Shown here: piece after piece, positions 1-6,429 of the stretch
How the letters are laid out: every line of letters begins with the position of its first letter
Position numbering within the stretch: position 1 is the stretch's first letter
Source of the DNA: a virus
Lineage: Duplodnaviria; Heunggongvirae; Uroviricota; Caudoviricetes
Strand: one strand, 5' to 3'
Virus record (IMG/VR): IMGVR_UViG_2671180608_000010
Length of the DNA stretch: 8,128 bases
Position numbers and translations under genes: made by a program
Notes under the pieces: model-generated
Told to the model about the DNA's origin: nothing
The model's input: only the letters and a program-made list of their open reading frames with translations
Databases searched by the model: none

Positions 1-243
1 AGATCTGACGGCGGCGCCGCCCTGACAACATCATAGTGTTTAAATGCCATGGTTCTTTCCACCATCTGAAAAATAATTCTTTAAAATACCTGACATGTAA
101 TACAGAAAAAACACAAAACCATACCTTAAATAAAAACCTGATTATCAAGCAGATATGCATGGATAAACTACAAGACGAGATATAAACCACCCTGCATTTA
201 AATAAACAATAAACAACATCAGAAAAATAATTCTGCTCTATGG

Positions 244-270
244 TTTACATTCAAAAATATCATTTATACT
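244..270 (+). promoter_or_regulatory. Candidate sigma70 promoter for the 311..646 ORF (TTTACA, 15-nt spacer, TATACT)
   Basis: Hexamers read directly at 244-249 and 265-270. Spacer is short (15 nt). AGGAA Shine-Dalgarno at 301-305, 5 nt before the ATG at 311. Confidence 0.25.
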
Positions 271-310
271 TTTCAGAACATCACCAGCAAGGCATAAACA
301 AGGAAACTAA

Positions 311-646
311 ATGAAGTGGATTGTGATTGATACAGTTATCCAGCCATCATGCGGAATATCTTTTTCAGTCATATGGAGTAAAATAAAATTAATAATCTGG
401 TATCAATCGGATGCTTTCTTACCTCCTGAAAGTATATTTACACTGACTCACACAGGCATCATGCTCAATAACAAAGTGCTACCTGTAACCATTTACAACG
501 TAGTACCATTCAATAAAACATTCTGGAATTCAATCAAAAATAGCCAGGAATGCCCTACAAATACAGATAACGTATTGAATGAATGCTTTAATAACCGTTG
601 CACTCTGCAAATATGTCCTTATGGACTAAAACAACAAAGTCCATAA
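311..646 (+). CDS. Hypothetical 111-aa protein in an AT-rich moron-like block; C-terminal half has 5 Cys; no recognisable family
   Basis: Uninterrupted 336-nt ORF in AT-rich DNA with a good RBS. Opposite orientation to the prophage late operon. Recognition by eye only, no homology claimed. Confidence 0.3.
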   Translation: MKWIVIDTVIQPSCGISFSVIWSKIKLIIWYQSDAFLPPESIFTLTHTGIMLNNKVLPVTIYNVVPFNKTFWNSIKNSQECPTNTDNVLNECFNNRCTLQICPYGLKQQSP

Positions 647-670
647 GGAGTTTACTCACATCTGACAAAA

Positions 671-702
671 TCAATATAAACAGCCCCTCCGGAGAGGGGC
701 TG
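671..702 (-). terminator. GC-rich hairpin (cagcccctc/cgga/gaggggctg) followed on the minus strand by a U-rich tract; likely intrinsic terminator
   Basis: Perfect 9-bp stem at 681-689/694-702 with 4-nt loop. Minus-strand downstream sequence is UUUAUAUUGAUUUUG. On the plus strand it sits 35 nt after the 311..646 stop but has no U-tract. Confidence 0.4.
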
Positions 703-897
703 GAGAGTGGCGCTATGTGCCATTGCATGGTGCCGGGTGCCTCCCGGTGAATTCAGTACCAGCACCTGAATCCGCGATTATCCCATATACCTACTCGCTG
801 ATTGCCCCTCCGCACAGGGGGATTCACCATGCCAGTTTCTTTTAACAAACTCCCCGCAAAACAGACAACTGTCAACCGTCTGAATTGTGAGACATTT

Positions 898-923
898 AAA
901 AAAAAGGCCCGCAAAAGCGAGCC
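898..923 (-). terminator. Intrinsic terminator immediately downstream of the tRNA cluster
   Basis: Minus-strand hairpin GGCUCGC-UUUU-GCGGGCC (906-923) followed by 8 U (plus-strand A-run 898-905). Confidence 0.5.
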
Positions 924-937
924 AGGGAAAATAAGTG

Positions 938-1014
938 TGGCGCGTTGTACTGGATTCGAACCAGTGACCGATTGCTTAGAAGGCAATTGCTCTGTCCGGC
1001 TGAGCTAACAACGC
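938..1014 (-). tRNA. tRNA-Arg, anticodon UCU (reads AGA/AGG), 77 nt with encoded CCA
   Basis: Cloverleaf folded by hand from the reverse complement: acceptor GCGTTGT/ACAACGC, D-stem GCTC/GAGC, anticodon stem ATTGC/GCAAT with loop CTTCTAA, T-arm ACTGG-TTCGAAT-CCAGT, discriminator G, CCA. Confidence 0.85.
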
Positions 1015-1027
1015 ATGATGCAGATAA

Positions 1028-1104
1028 TGGACCGCCATCGGGGACTTGAACCCCGCGCAGCCAGCTTCGAAGGCTGGCGCTCTTTCCTGATGAGCTAATG
1101 GCGG
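1028..1104 (-). tRNA. tRNA-Arg, anticodon UCG (reads CGA), 77 nt with encoded CCA
   Basis: Hand-folded: acceptor CCGCCAT/ATGGCGG (unusual C1-G72), D-stem GCTC/GAGC, anticodon stem CCAGC/GCTGG with loop CTTCGAA, T-arm CGGGG-TTCAAGT-CCCCG, CCA. Confidence 0.8.
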
Positions 1105-1227
1105 TATGTGATGGTGGCCCTTGCTGGATTTGAACCAGCGACCTGGCGATTATGAGTCGCTCGCTCTCACCACTGAGCTAAAGGGCCGGGAGCCGCATAA
1201 TAACGACGCGTAATTAATTCTTCAATA
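1096..1227 (-). repeat. Direct repeat copy 1 (Arg-UCG 5' end, spacer, tRNA-Ile2, about 35 nt of upstream flank); second copy at 2833..2958
   Basis: Read directly: 1096-1193 matches 2833-2930 except one spacer SNP (tatgtga versus tttgtga). Flanks then diverge gradually. Confidence 0.85.
1112..1187 (-). tRNA. ileZ: tRNA with CAU anticodon, closest by memory to E. coli tRNA-Ile2 (ileX/ileZ type, reads AUA) rather than elongator Met
   Basis: Hand-folded: acceptor GGCCCTT/AAGGGCC, D-arm TAGCTCAGTGGTGAGAGC, anticodon loop CTCATAA, T-arm GCTGG-TTCAAAT-CCAGC, CCA. Ile2 versus Met cannot be settled without a classifier. The ileZ symbol is by analogy to the Stx-phage ileZ-argN-argO cluster. Confidence 0.8.
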
Positions 1228-2103
1228 TCATCCGTTCTGGCTGACTAAATCCTGTACTTCCCGAACCGTCTGCTCAAAACGTTCAGTCTCCAGCTCAACG
1301 CCAATTGCACGACGCCCGAGCGCCAGTGCCGCTTTCACTGTCGAACCCAACCCCATGAAAAAATCTGCAATCAGGTCACCCGGACGACTGCTAGCGCTGA
1401 TTATCTGCTGCAGCATTTCTGCCGGTTTTTCGCACGGATGTTTCCCGGGATAGAACTGCACCGGTTTATGCGTCCACACATCGGTATACGGCACCTGCAC
1501 CGTCACGCCAAAATACCGCCGCAGATGTTTATATTCACTCAGCAGCTCCGCATACTGCCGGTTCAGTGAGGTATACGTATCCACCAGCTGGTGGTGGAGC
1601 TTTTCCAGTTCACCACGCCGATGCTTCTCTTCTGCCACCCGGGCAAACAGCGCCTGTAATTTCAGATAATCGCTTTCATTCGGCAACTGCCACTGACCGG
1701 CACTGAACCAGTGCGACACCATGTTTTTCTTTCCTGTGGCATCTGCAATCTGTTTTGCCGTTATCCCCAGGGCAGCTCGCGCATCACGAAAGTAAGAAAT
1801 CAGCGGGGCCATCACATGCTGTTTCAGTGCACTGCCCTTCGCCGCATACCCGGCATCTTTCGGACGATACGGCCCCTGATAATGTTCCGCGAACAGAATG
1901 CGCTCTGTGGCGGGGAAATACGCCCGCAGGCTTTCCTTGTTGCATCCGTTCCAGCGTCCGGACGGCTTCGCCCAGATAATATGGTTCAGCACACTGAAGC
2001 GTTCACGCATCATGATTTCGATATCAGATGCCAGGCGATGACCACAGAACAGGTAAAGACTTCCGGCAGGTTTCAGCACCCGCCAGAACTGCGCCAGACA
2101 CTG
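1228..2103 (-). CDS. DNA methyltransferase, N6-adenine/N4-cytosine beta class (C-terminal AdoMet motif DFFMGLGST); visible 292-codon 3' portion, 5' end is N-masked
   Basis: Minus ORF ends with TGA at 1228. The motif-I-like FxGxGST near the C-terminus with an upstream target-recognition region matches beta-class architecture, so motif IV (DPPY/F) is expected inside the masked 2104-2613 run. The 1228..2655 track ORF is an artefact of reading through Ns. Confidence 0.8.
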   Translation of the reverse strand, partial: QCLAQFWRVLKPAGSLYLFCGHRLASDIEIMMRERFSVLNHIIWAKPSGRWNGCNKESLRAYFPATERILFAEHYQGPYRPKDAGYAAKGSALKQHVMAPLISYFRDARAALGITAKQIADATGKKNMVSHWFSAGQWQLPNESDYLKLQALFARVAEEKHRRGELEKLHHQLVDTYTSLNRQYAELLSEYKHLRRYFGVTVQVPYTDVWTHKPVQFYPGKHPCEKPAEMLQQIISASSRPGDLIADFFMGLGSTVKAALALGRRAIGVELETERFEQTVREVQDLVSQNG

Positions 2104-2832
2104 NNNNNNNNNNNNNNNNNNNNNNNNNNNNNNNNNNNNNNNNNNNNNNNNNNNNNNNNNNNNNNNNNNNNNNNNNNNNNNNNNNNNNNNNNNNNNNNNN
2201 NNNNNNNNNNNNNNNNNNNNNNNNNNNNNNNNNNNNNNNNNNNNNNNNNNNNNNNNNNNNNNNNNNNNNNNNNNNNNNNNNNNNNNNNNNNNNNNNNNNN
2301 NNNNNNNNNNNNNNNNNNNNNNNNNNNNNNNNNNNNNNNNNNNNNNNNNNNNNNNNNNNNNNNNNNNNNNNNNNNNNNNNNNNNNNNNNNNNNNNNNNNN
2401 NNNNNNNNNNNNNNNNNNNNNNNNNNNNNNNNNNNNNNNNNNNNNNNNNNNNNNNNNNNNNNNNNNNNNNNNNNNNNNNNNNNNNNNNNNNNNNNNNNNN
2501 NNNNNNNNNNNNNNNNNNNNNNNNNNNNNNNNNNNNNNNNNNNNNNNNNNNNNNNNNNNNNNNNNNNNNNNNNNNNNNNNNNNNNNNNNNNNNNNNNNNN
2601 NNNNNNNNNNNNNTTTAGCATGTCTTTTCCTTTTCCGGTTAACGTGACACACCAATAACTCTTGTCGAAAAAGCCAGCAAGCTGAAANNNNNNNNNNNNN
2701 NNNNNNNNNNNNNNNNNNNNNNNNNNNNNNNNNNNNNNNNNNNNNNNNNNNNNNNNNNNNNNNNNNNNNNNNNNNNNNNNNNNNNNNNNNNNNNNNNNNN
2801 NNNNNNNNNNNNNNNNNNNNNNNNNNNNNNNN

Positions 2833-2958
2833 TAATGGCGGTTTGTGATGGTGGCCCTTGCTGGATTTGAACCAGCGACCTGGCGATTATGAGTCGCTCG
2901 CTCTCACCACTGAGCTAAAGGGCCGGGAGCAGAATAATAACGGTCCGTAATTAATTCC
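2833..2958 (-). repeat. Direct repeat copy 2 of the tRNA-containing segment; the rest of the Arg-UCG tRNA lies in the 2688-2832 N-run
   Basis: taatggcggt at 2833-2842 is the 5' portion of the Arg-UCG tRNA as at 1096-1105. Similarity to copy 1 fades after about 2958. Confidence 0.8.
2849..2924 (-). tRNA. ileZ: Second copy of the CAU-anticodon tRNA (Ile2-like), identical to 1112..1187
   Basis: 76-nt sequence identical to copy 1, read directly. Sits 37 nt downstream of the candidate tR' hairpin. Confidence 0.8.
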
Positions 2959-2960
2959 GC

Positions 2961-2985
2961 AATAAAAAACCCGCTCGGCGGCGGG
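2961..2985 (-). terminator. Candidate tR' intrinsic terminator downstream of Q
   Basis: Minus-strand hairpin CCCGC-CGCCGA-GCGGG (2970-2985) followed by UUUUUUAUU (2961-2969). In lambdoid phages Q-modified RNA polymerase reads through tR'. Confidence 0.6.
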
Positions 2986-3034
2986 TTGTAGAAACTCTTC
3001 TAACGTCAGGCATAAAACGCCCATAGTTATGACG

Positions 3035-3062
3035 AATTTACCACAGATTCCGGAAAAATCAA
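3035..3062 (-). promoter_or_regulatory. Candidate late promoter pR' (TTGATT, 16-nt spacer, TAAATT) just downstream of the Q stop
   Basis: Hexamers read on the minus strand at 3062-3057 and 3040-3035. Position matches lambdoid pR'. The Q-binding (qut) element cannot be defined from sequence alone. Confidence 0.4.
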
Positions 3063-3067
3063 CCTTG

Positions 3068-3889
3068 TTACCTAGTTACCTTTTTTAACTGCCGCTCAGC
3101 CCATGCTTCTTCAATATCAAACCGGGTCACCAGCGCATCATAAAATTTCTTAACTGTTTTTTCCCATGACGCGCGTGTTATCTGGTTTGTCACCTCGCAT
3201 ATAGCATTAAATGCCTCCGTTGATGGTAGTCTTTCATAGCCACGACCACCACAACGCTGGCAGTCTCTGATAACAGGCATACCACGTTTTACCGACTCTT
3301 CACGATGAATGGCGACACCACGCCCACGGCAATCCTTACAGGCGGTGGAAACCTCACCCTTTCCGCCACACTCCGGACAGGCAACTTTTACCACCTCCCT
3401 GACTTTTTTCCATTCTTCCCAGTAAGACGGATACACACCTTTCGTACACTTTGCCCATACCGGCGGCTTACCATCCGGATACTGGACCTTGTTTGTAAAA
3501 ACTACGCTTTCAATAAATTTTTCCCCATAGCAACAAGGGCACTGCTTTTTACTCGCTGCGCTGCGGGCATAATCCTCAAAAGCGTACGAAGCCATAATGC
3601 GCATCACTACCGGTTTTATTTCTGCCGGAAGTTTTCTCAACGCCGCCACACGATCGCACCGACTGAGTGCATAATCTGCCAGTAATTCTGTTGCCCGCGC
3701 CCTGTCATTCATACTGATGCCCATTTTCCCCAGGAACGCAGAAAACCCCATCTCAGCCCGATTCTGTGTCATGCCCTGCGCGGCCATCACATCAGTGATA
3801 CTCAGCGCATCTTTTGACGTTGAGGCCGATGCATCGGTCAGGCAAGGGGATTTTGGGGAGTAGTATTTCGGTAAATCTTCCAGTTTCAT
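3068..3889 (-). CDS. Q: Late-gene antitermination protein Q (lambda Q family, long variant with Cys-rich zinc-binding region)
   Basis: 273-aa ORF. N-terminus (MKLEDLPKYYSPKSP...TDVMAAQGM) and C-terminus (YDALV) align by memory with lambda Q; several CxxC pairs. Start ATG overlaps the upstream rusA-type stop (ATGA). Confidence 0.85.
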   Translation of the reverse strand: MKLEDLPKYYSPKSPCLTDASASTSKDALSITDVMAAQGMTQNRAEMGFSAFLGKMGISMNDRARATELLADYALSRCDRVAALRKLPAEIKPVVMRIMASYAFEDYARSAASKKQCPCCYGEKFIESVVFTNKVQYPDGKPPVWAKCTKGVYPSYWEEWKKVREVVKVACPECGGKGEVSTACKDCRGRGVAIHREESVKRGMPVIRDCQRCGGRGYERLPSTEAFNAICEVTNQITRASWEKTVKKFYDALVTRFDIEEAWAERQLKKVTR

Positions 3890-3918
3890 TTTTTGACCTG
3901 CTCTTCATGCATTATGGG
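3838..3918 (-). repeat. Duplicated rusA-3'/Q-5' junction, copy A (partner at 4864..4947)
   Basis: About 80 nt near-identical between the two positions (ttttggggagtagtatttcggtaaatcttccagtttcattttttgacctgc...). Copy A runs into the N-run at 3919. Confidence 0.8.
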
Positions 3919-4412
3919 NNNNNNNNNNNNNNNNNNNNNNNNNNNNNNNNNNNNNNNNNNNNNNNNNNNNNNNNNNNNNNNNNNNNNNNNNNNNNNNNNN
4001 NNNNNNNNNCCACGCGATCACACNNNNNNNNNNNNNNNNNNNNNNNNNNNNNNNNNNNNNNNNNNNNNNNNNNNNNNNNNNNNNNNNNNNNNNNNNNNNN
4101 NNNNNNNNNNNNNNNNNNNNNNNNNNNNNNNNNNNNNNNNNNNNNNNNNNNNNNNNNNNNNNNNNNNNNNNNNNNNNNNNNNNNNNNNNNNNNNNNNNNN
4201 NNNNNNNNNNNNNNNNNNNNNNNNNNNNNNNNNNNNNNNNNNNNNNNNNNNNNNCTTCCGGACAGGCTTAATTTCAGTCGCTGCTGACGGACAATAAGCG
4301 CCACATCCCGGCGATAACGCTCACCGGCTTTTGATACAAAATATGTGTTGTCACGACGTCGCCAGTAAGTATTCACCGTCGGCGGATAAGGTAAAATAAA
4401 CTCATGGCGCAT
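3886..4412 (-). CDS. Second RusA-like resolvase gene, integrity uncertain (interior masked; N- and C-terminal frames disagree if N-run lengths are true)
   Basis: Visible N-terminus MRHEFILPYPPTVNTYWRRRDNTYFVSKAGERYRRDVALIVRQQRLKLSLSG (4412-4255) is about 90% identical to rusA at 4915..5295. Visible 3' end ...PIMHEEQVKK-TGA at 3886 is in a different frame, and the span is 146 nt longer than rusA copy 1. Confidence 0.45.
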
Positions 4413-4669
4413 CAGCGCAGCACCTCCTGCACCAGTTTTTCAAACTTTCCGACTCTGGTTTCCAGCTCTGCCACACAGTCCACCAGCTCATCTACTGCTT
4501 TCTGTGCGCGATGCTTCGCCTGCATCAGTTCCCGAAGCGCGGGTACCATATCTTTACGGATAGCGTCTTTTGTTATGCCCGTTTTTTCGAGTTGTTCAGC
4601 ATGACGCAGCATTTCCTGCGCGTGTTTACGCAATTGTTCAGGGGTAAAAGTCATTGTCTGGTTGTTCAA
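4412..4669 (-). CDS. Hypothetical 85-aa (80 aa from the ATG at 4654) helical protein, translationally coupled to the downstream RusA-like gene
   Basis: Stop TGA overlaps the rusA-like ATG (TGATG). TTG start at 4669 has GGAG 8 nt upstream. Charged coiled-coil-like composition; no family recognised. Confidence 0.55.
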   Translation of the reverse strand: MNNQTMTFTPEQLRKHAQEMLRHAEQLEKTGITKDAIRKDMVPALRELMQAKHRAQKAVDELVDCVAELETRVGKFEKLVQEVLR

Positions 4670-4821
4670 AAGAAACGCTCCATCTTACTGCTGTCAGTTC
4701 GTTTATTACTGTATCTGCGCGGATTGCCGGGCTTCATGGGAGTGGAAAGCACCCGTGCACTTTCCTGGTCCACAGGCAGAAAATGTCCGTAGACTGGCCC
4801 CCTGAATCTCCAGACAACCAG

Positions 4822-4841
4822 TATCACTTAAATAAGTGATA
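4822..4841. repeat. Perfect 8-bp inverted repeat with 4-bp spacer, TATCACTT-AAAT-AAGTGATA; candidate protein-binding site
   Basis: Read directly. TATCAC matches lambda operator half-site consensus. Lies in a non-coding stretch beside the 11-nt N-run. Confidence 0.5.
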
Positions 4842-4863
4842 GTCTTAATACTNNNNNNNNNNN

Positions 4864-4918
4864 CAGTCAGGCCGGGGGATTTTGGGGAGTAGTATTTCGG
4901 TAAATCTTCCAGTTTCAT
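4864..4918 (-). pseudogene. 5' fragment of a Q gene (first 18 codons MKLEDLPKYYSPKSPGLT), then masked and divergent; recombination scar
   Basis: DNA near-identical to the start of Q at 3889-3838. After the N-run the reading frame gives unrelated sequence and stops at 4706. Confidence 0.6.
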
Positions 4919-4947
4919 TTTTTGACCTGCCCTTCAAGCATTATGGG
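4864..4947 (-). repeat. Duplicated rusA-3'/Q-5' junction, copy B
   Basis: Near-identical to 3838-3918, read directly. Confidence 0.8.
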
Positions 4948-5295
4948 ATAAATCTTCACCCCCAGACGTCCACCAGATACTGGCTGAGCACGAACGATAT
5001 TGATTTCATCAAACTGCTCATCGTCCATTAGCAACCCCGCATGCGTCAGCGCATCCAGCGGCGCTTTCAGAATATTGTCCAGGTCACGGCGGCGCTTATC
5101 CGGTGGTTCTGCAATAATTTTTATTGCCAACCTTCCGGACAGGCTTAATTTCAGCCGCTGCTGGCGAACAATAAGCGCCACTGCCCGGCGATAACGCTCC
5201 CCGGCTTTTGATACAAAATATGTGCTGCCACGACGACGCCAGTAAGTGTTCACCGTCGGCGGGTAAGGTAAAACAAATTCTATGCGCTCGGTCAT
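4915..5295 (-). CDS. rusA: Crossover junction endodeoxyribonuclease RusA (Holliday junction resolvase), 126 aa
   Basis: Aligns by memory with E. coli RusA: LPYPPTVNTYWRRR..., PDKRRRDLDNILKA..DALT.AG...DDEQ, GGRL. Start abuts the DUF968 stop (TAAATG). Confidence 0.9.
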   Translation of the reverse strand: MTERIEFVLPYPPTVNTYWRRRGSTYFVSKAGERYRRAVALIVRQQRLKLSLSGRLAIKIIAEPPDKRRRDLDNILKAPLDALTHAGLLMDDEQFDEINIVRAQPVSGGRLGVKIYPIMLEGQVKK

Positions 5296-6354
5296 TTATG
5301 CTTTCCACTTCAGAACACCCGAATTTCTCGCGTGCATTAAAAAACGAATCAGCAACAACAGCTGACTGCCGTGTTTCTCTTCAAAATCTTTTACTCCGGC
5401 ATGTAGTTCGTTACGGCATTTACGGCATAACGGAATAACAAACAAATCATCAGCCTTTGTTCCCATCCCTCCCAGTCCATGACCAATGATGTGATGCGGA
5501 TCATCTGCCTGATTGCCACACGTCATGCATTTCTGCGTTTTTACCCAGCGCGTGTATACAGGCATCTCTTCCCGTTGTGATTTCTGGCGCTGGAGATACT
5601 GAGCCGGTGACTCCGGATCAACGGCAATGCTGACCACCGTCTTTTCCTGTGGTGGGTTCTGTTGCTGGTGGACGTGAGGCAGTAACGCAATATTTTTTGT
5701 GCGCTGCTTCAGTATGCTGGTGGCTGTCTGCTCTCCCGGTATGATGTCGCTTTCACTGTACACAGAGCGAATTTTTTCCGCACGCAACCCCAGCGAACGA
5801 CGTAATACCGCTTCCGGTAGCGCGTCCGCCACCTGATTGCGGACCGCCCACCAGGATAATTCAGCCAGAGATAATTCACGCTCCTGCGTACCGCTTATTG
5901 CGTGACCGATGACGTCAATCATCCATGCTGACAGGTTTTGATGAGCAAGTTGCTCGAGTGATTCGGATGTCTGGTCACGCAGCTGGTTGTCGCAGTGCCA
6001 GCACAACACCATTGCGCCGGTACCATAACGGTGAATGACGGTTTCGCTGTGATGATAATCGCCGTGTGGCCACTGGCAGGATTTAATATGGCGCAACAGC
6101 CAGTCAGACAATGCACCAGCACCACCAGCAGCACGAATCACCCGTGCGTTACTGAAAAACGGCAGCAATGTTTTGTCTTCCACCAGCGGCTGGCGAGCGG
6201 CAGGAACGACCCCGGACGGCAGATTACGCATGCTTTTTGGTTCCGGCTCCACCAGTATTCTGCCGTTATGGAATGCTGACATTGATTCACGGCCTGGCTT
6301 AACGATAACCAGACCGAGTTCCGGTACCAGAACAGGTCGAAGTAATACCCGCAC
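5296..6354 (-). CDS. DUF968-family prophage protein with C-terminal HNH-like Cys/His motif (YdfU-like), 352 aa from a GTG start
   Basis: C-terminal CMTCGNQADDPHHIIGHGLGGMGTKADDLFVIPLCRKCRNELH matches the DUF968 signature. GGAGG lies 4 nt upstream of the GTG; true start could be the ATG 24 codons in. Confidence 0.8.
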   Translation of the reverse strand: MRVLLRPVLVPELGLVIVKPGRESMSAFHNGRILVEPEPKSMRNLPSGVVPAARQPLVEDKTLLPFFSNARVIRAAGGAGALSDWLLRHIKSCQWPHGDYHHSETVIHRYGTGAMVLCWHCDNQLRDQTSESLEQLAHQNLSAWMIDVIGHAISGTQERELSLAELSWWAVRNQVADALPEAVLRRSLGLRAEKIRSVYSESDIIPGEQTATSILKQRTKNIALLPHVHQQQNPPQEKTVVSIAVDPESPAQYLQRQKSQREEMPVYTRWVKTQKCMTCGNQADDPHHIIGHGLGGMGTKADDLFVIPLCRKCRNELHAGVKDFEEKHGSQLLLLIRFLMHARNSGVLKWKA

Positions 6355-6429
6355 ATTACCTCCAGATCCGTTGCTGGAATGTGCGGGACGGACGCGTTGG
6401 CCGTTCGGAGTAAGGGAGCCTGACGGAGA

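Noticed and set aside
720-800. Possible tRNA remnant (sequence ending ggcacca on the minus strand)
   Set aside because: No T-loop (GTTCGAATCC-like) or D-arm consensus; could not fold a cloverleaf.
753-1008. ORFs 753..986 (minus) and 802..1008 (plus)
   Set aside because: Overlap the Arg-UCU tRNA and its terminator, with no RBS; the tRNA and terminator explain the region better.
1228-2655. 475-aa minus ORF with N-terminus MVCHVNRKRKRHAK and a long X run
   Set aside because: Reads through the 510-nt N-run. Only the 3' 292 codons (1228-2103) are real methylase sequence; the apparent start is a chance in-frame ATG in the unmasked island.
1711-2658. Plus-strand ORFs 1711..2658, 1755..1979 and 2028..2618, and minus ORF 2073..2621
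   Set aside because: Antisense to the methylase and/or made mostly of masked N codons; artefacts of the six-frame scan.
3305-3685. Plus-strand 126-aa ORF inside Q
   Set aside because: Antisense to a well-supported Q gene, no RBS, low-complexity translation.
3814-4297. Plus-strand ORFs 3814..4287 and 3893..4297
   Set aside because: Consist mostly of masked N codons and lie antisense to the Q/rusA region.
4404-4839. Plus-strand ORFs 4404..4604, 4511..4792 and 4654..4839
   Set aside because: Antisense to the 85-aa gene or in the non-coding palindrome region; Ser/Leu-rich translations typical of antisense frames.
4706-4918. 70-aa minus ORF starting MKLEDLPKYYSPKSPGLT
   Set aside because: Only the first 18 codons are Q-like; the rest is junk-like reading across a masked junction. 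Treated as a Q 5' fragment, not a functional gene.
5000-5438. ORFs 5000..5194 (+), 5096..5308 (-) and 5208..5438 (+)
   Set aside because: Overlap rusA or the DUF968 gene in alternative frames or antisense; the in-frame family matches explain the region.
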